From contig NC_134030.1 of NCBI RefSeq assembly GCF_964204645.1, forward strand, positions 17,816,210 through 17,880,209: 64,000 bases of DNA, written 5' to 3'. The notes under the pieces are model-generated. The model made no database searches. It saw nothing but the letters and a program-made list of their open reading frames with translations, and had not been told where the DNA came from. Origin of the DNA: Tubulanus polymorphus. Lineage: Eukaryota > Animalia > Nemertea. Below, in pieces: positions 59,901-64,000 of this stretch; position 1 is the first letter of the stretch, and each line of letters begins with the position of its first letter. Position numbers and translations under genes: made by a program.

Positions 59901-62040
59901 GCATGGATAATCTAATCTATAAAGAATCTCCTAATACAAATGACGTCAACGAAGCTACTTATAATATAACCAATCTCTTATCGTCCAGGGGCCAGTTGCT
60001 CAAAGGTTGGTTAGAGTTAACTAGTGGATAATTGACATAGTGACAATTAAAAGTTCATTGTATCTATGGTATCTATCCACTGGTTATCTTTAACCAACTT
60101 TCGAGCAACTGGCCCCTGGTATGACGGAAATACTCGGCATGCTGCGGGACCAATCAGACGCCGGATAAGACGTCGTTAATTTGATAGAAATTGCTCCATA
60201 GCCAGGAATAAACTTAGCAAAGCGAATGGCCTCTACCACAACCAACTCAATCTTAATCTTAATCCAACACAATTTACGTGACATACAAACCAAACGTAAG
60301 CGTTACAGAAAGACAATATCTATAGCAAAAGTCCGCAACGAGAAAAAAGATAGCTAAAAAACTTACAAATGCTTTATCTCAAAATGATACAAAATCTTTT
60401 TGGATGATTTTAAAATCATTTGAAACTCGACACGCAGATAAAAATGAGAACTGCCCAAACTTAGCTAAATTCGAAACTTTTTTTCGCGGAATAATTCAAT
60501 CTGAATCAAACGATGACATTGATCCTGATCATTTGCTTAATGAAAATGATACGGAAACTATCAATATGCCTCACGATCTAGACATCCCCATAACTAGAGA
60601 TGAAGTTTTAAGAGCGATAAGAAATCTTAAAAAAGGCAAATCACCGGGTCTTGATAATATCCTACCAGAAATGCTTATAACTGCCACTGAAACCCTAACA
60701 CCTCCGCTGACCATTTTTTTTTCAAAGTCATCCTTCAATCAGGTATTTACCCACAATATTGGAGCAGTGTCTGCATTACACCCATTCATAAGAAATGGAT
60801 GACTTTCGACCCAAACAATTATAGAGGTATCACCGTCTTGCGCTGCTTCGGAGATATATTTTTAATTATTTTGAATACACGCATTATACAACGGTCAGAG
60901 GCACATCAAGTATTAAATAATGCACAGGCCGGTTTTTGGCCAAATAATGGTACTATAAATCAATCCTTTGTATTATCTTCAATCATCGACCACTGTATAA
61001 AGAAGAAAATGAAAAATGCGTGTATGGCATTCGTAGATTTTTCTAAGGCCTTCGATTATTTGAACCACGGCATTCTCTGGAAAAAAAGATTCTGGAAGCT
61101 GGTATCACTGGCAAAGTTTATAACAAAACTGAATCTATGTATACAAACAGCGAATCATGTGTCAAAAACAATGGGTTCATATCTAGCTTTTTTGACTGCA
61201 CCGTCGGCGTAAGGCAATGCGTTTGTATCTCTCCTGTACTTTTCAATATCTATATTAATGACATGGAAGAATTTTTTATAAACAATGGCCATCCAGGCAT
61301 TGACTTTAATTTATTCAAACTATGTCTTGCTTTACGCCGATGATACCGTCATTCTAGCCCAATCGCCCGGAGAATTGCAGGGTGCACTTGATATTCTGTA
61401 TGATTATTGTAAAAAGATGAAACTATCTGTGAATTCTGTTAAGACATAGACAATGAAAATTGGGTTCCGCAGAAATAACCGTAACCCCCTTTTATGTTTT
61501 TATAACGATGTCCTACTGGAAGAGCTATCAACCTTTCAGTACCTTGGCATTACAATATCAAATAACGGCAAAATGTCTGCTGCAATCAAGTCACAGGCCG
61601 ATCAAGATACAAAAGGTACAAGCTTGATATCTTTGATTCTAGAGAAATCAGTATTGTATGGTAGTCCAATTTCACTAATGAATCAAAGATATTAAGCTTG
61701 GTTTTAGGTGAAATGAGTCTCGCGTTTAGCAAATACTTCCTGAGTCCAAAGCAAGCTCTTGTACCTTGATCGGCAACTTGATTGCAGCAAACACTTGGTG
61801 CAGTACCCACTGCTACAGAGATATTCGACATGAATACAATATTTGCTCACCAATTCATAATGAATTGTCATCGAGTAGAGATTTCTGTACCCGGAATCTG
61901 AAATGCAACAGGTGACTAAACATGTAATAGAAATTCAAACTAGAAAGAAACTTTTTAAGATCATATCATCAATCTACTTATTTGTTATATATTTTATCTG
62001 TAATTATAATTGATGATGAAATAAATTACATTACATATAT
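57000..62040 (+). mobile_element. Near full-length decayed LINE (ORF1 plus APE-RT ORF2) with nested insertions
   Basis: ORF1: coiled coil, ENLIVYGVPES, RVHRL, IIARF, KLFIDG. ORF2: ICHVNIHGL, SET, GDLNSRT, STVDY, PWYD, SPGLDNILPEML, NYRGITVL, FVDFSKAFD, SPVLFNIYIND, YADD. AATAAA and a TTACA tail near 62020. Confidence 0.95.
59989..60115. mobile_element. Harbinger-type MITE nested in the LINE (older relatives near 6100-6220 and 35900-36020)
   Basis: CAG|GGGCCAGTTGCTC ... GAGCAACTGGCCC|CTG. Confidence 0.85.
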
Positions 62041-63764
62041 CATATCATGTCATTTTCTTTATCTTTCAATCGGACGACGGGGACGTAGAAATTAAAACTC
62101 GAACAAAGTGTGAAGATGGGTTAGGTTGGTCGGTAAGGCTTACGCCATGTAGTACTTTTCAAACATGTTTGCAAGTCAGGTCCAAACGAATTTCCGTCGT
62201 ACTAGACAAAGAGTTGAGATTATAATCAAATACAATGCAAGTTTAATTATTCACTAAATGTTATTTCATATTCAATTAATTAATCACAAAAATGATTGAT
62301 AACATTCTCAGATCTAAGATTTTAATATTCACTTTTAATTAGTTCTGGATAATCAGATTTGATGTATGTTCCGAAAGCTGCAGCACTTTTCTGAATGAAT
62401 TTTCTCAATAGTATTTGTTATTGGAGGATCTGAATAATTGCATCAGAATTAGAATTTAAAATATAGCTGCCAAGCAGCGATGACGGGTTTTCTGCAAAGC
62501 CATTCAGAATGATGGGAATTGTAGTAAATTGAAATACCGATACATAAAATAAAATGCATTGACAGATTCGAACCTAATATGCAAACACTGTGTTAACGTC
62601 AAATATGATTCAGCTTTGAAACCGAACATACGCGGACGTACAATCAACAAATATTAATTTATTTGACCAGGCATTTATTTTGGCATTCAAACATCATGAT
62701 ACTGTATTATCACCATGCTTAAAAATGGATCTGTCCTATTAAGAACTCATCTTAAGCACCTGATGAGTCGATAGATTGAGTGAATTCACAGATAAGAACG
62801 TATTGTGATTTAGAATAGATTTAAGAAGTTAATGTTTTTATTGAAATATTTGAATAAATACATATATAGTAGTGTAGATTCAATCAATAAATTATGAATT
62901 GATTTGGTCTGGGTTTCCGGCTGATGTTGATTTTGGCTTTTATGGATTACAAATTCTATAGTGATAAACAATTGATACCTGCAACATGTGTGTAAATCAA
63001 ACCTATTCCACTAGTTGCGTGTGTTTCCTAATAAACGGGAAAGTCACTCTTGATCTGAGTTATTAGAAAAATAATGTTCATTTAGCTATAGAAATTCATT
63101 GCCTTTTTGGAAATTCTGTAATAATATTTGTTCTGTCCTAATTTTTATTACTGTATGAACCAATGATATGCTTTGTAAATATGATGTAATGAAATAAATT
63201 TGAATTTGAATTAAATTTATACATGAGAATCAAGCATAACTTGTGTTTTTTCGTCTTTTGTTCCAGAGTTTCAATTACAATCAAATCCAAATTGGCTAAA
63301 AAGTACATAGGACTAAATGAAATGAACCGTTAGTTACTGCAAACCTATTCCAGTGTTATGTCGATCGTGTTGAATCACTTTCCTTGAGTTAAAAGAATCA
63401 GATCTTCTATGGTACAACATCGGTCGAAGAGAGATATCTTGGTGTTGACGGTCCTTGACCATCTAACTTCATGCGTTTGACATTGGAATCAGCATCATAC
63501 CCATTTGAACTGCAAAATATTCATACAACATGAAAACCTACAGTACATGTATACAGTAATCAAACTTTCACCGATGTTGGATATTTGAATGAACATTAGG
63601 TTTATTTCAGTATTCTATAGGAGGAAATAATAAGCCCAATCAATAGGCCCTATTCCCATTGGAACAATTGTATAATGCGTACAGCTGTACCGTACACTTA
63701 TCAGTCAAGAATGGAGAAATCGGTATAGGTTAGCCGTATGTGAGTACGTTGACGCTCAGACTTG

Positions 63765-63840
63765 CAATATTGGGATTTGAAACCAAACGAAAAAAAAATC
63801 CAGTTATAGTCCGGTGATTTACCCACTGTGCCACAGAACG
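63765..63840 (-). mobile_element. tRNA-derived SINE head, decayed
   Basis: Minus-strand A box TGGCACAGTGG and B-box-like GGTTTCAAATCCC. Confidence 0.55.
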
Positions 63841-64000
63841 TAACTGCAGGGTGGATGAAATTTGATTTACAAATAGCCTAGCCTCACCTAACCCAAACTC
63901 TATTCTTTCACGCATGCGCGTTTGCAGATTATAGACCTAGGAACTCACGTACGGCGTTTTTAGGGAACTCACGAACGGTTAACCTGTGGATATCACCGTA

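Noticed and set aside
62400-63215. Possible further LINE 3' end with an AATAAA-TTTGAA tail
   Set aside because: Too decayed to translate a convincing motif.

Overview
Eukaryotic, AT-rich animal DNA with spliceosomal introns, LINEs, SINEs and MITEs. The receptor families suggest a marine invertebrate, probably a lophotrochozoan, but the species cannot be fixed from sequence alone. The window is a patchwork of segmental duplications. It contains: (i) a three-exon gene missed by the ORF track (coding 43069-43138 + 43469-43593) for a 64-aa secreted prepropeptide, whose 34-aa six-cysteine mature region resembles sea-anemone APETx/BDS defensin-fold toxins but has a rearranged Cys spacing, plus a truncated paralog near 49.4 kb; (ii) the 3' half (8 exons) of a lipoxygenase with a GC-AG intron and an in-frame TGA at a tandem acceptor; (iii) a cysteine-rich class-B/Methuselah-like 7TM receptor ORF with an inverted pseudogene copy; (iv) a birth-and-death cluster of at least six class-A GPCR genes or fragments, one split by a frame-preserving 195-nt hairpin insertion; (v) a decayed PIF/Harbinger element whose transposase exon sits antisense inside the intron of its MADF/Myb partner, plus CWG-target MITEs; (vi) several LINE relics, a 4-kb direct duplication, a 1.42-kb tandem duplication, a 15-bp minisatellite and microsatellites. 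All exon calls and translations were made by eye. Coordinates of decayed elements are approximate, and family assignments come from remembered motifs, not database searches.
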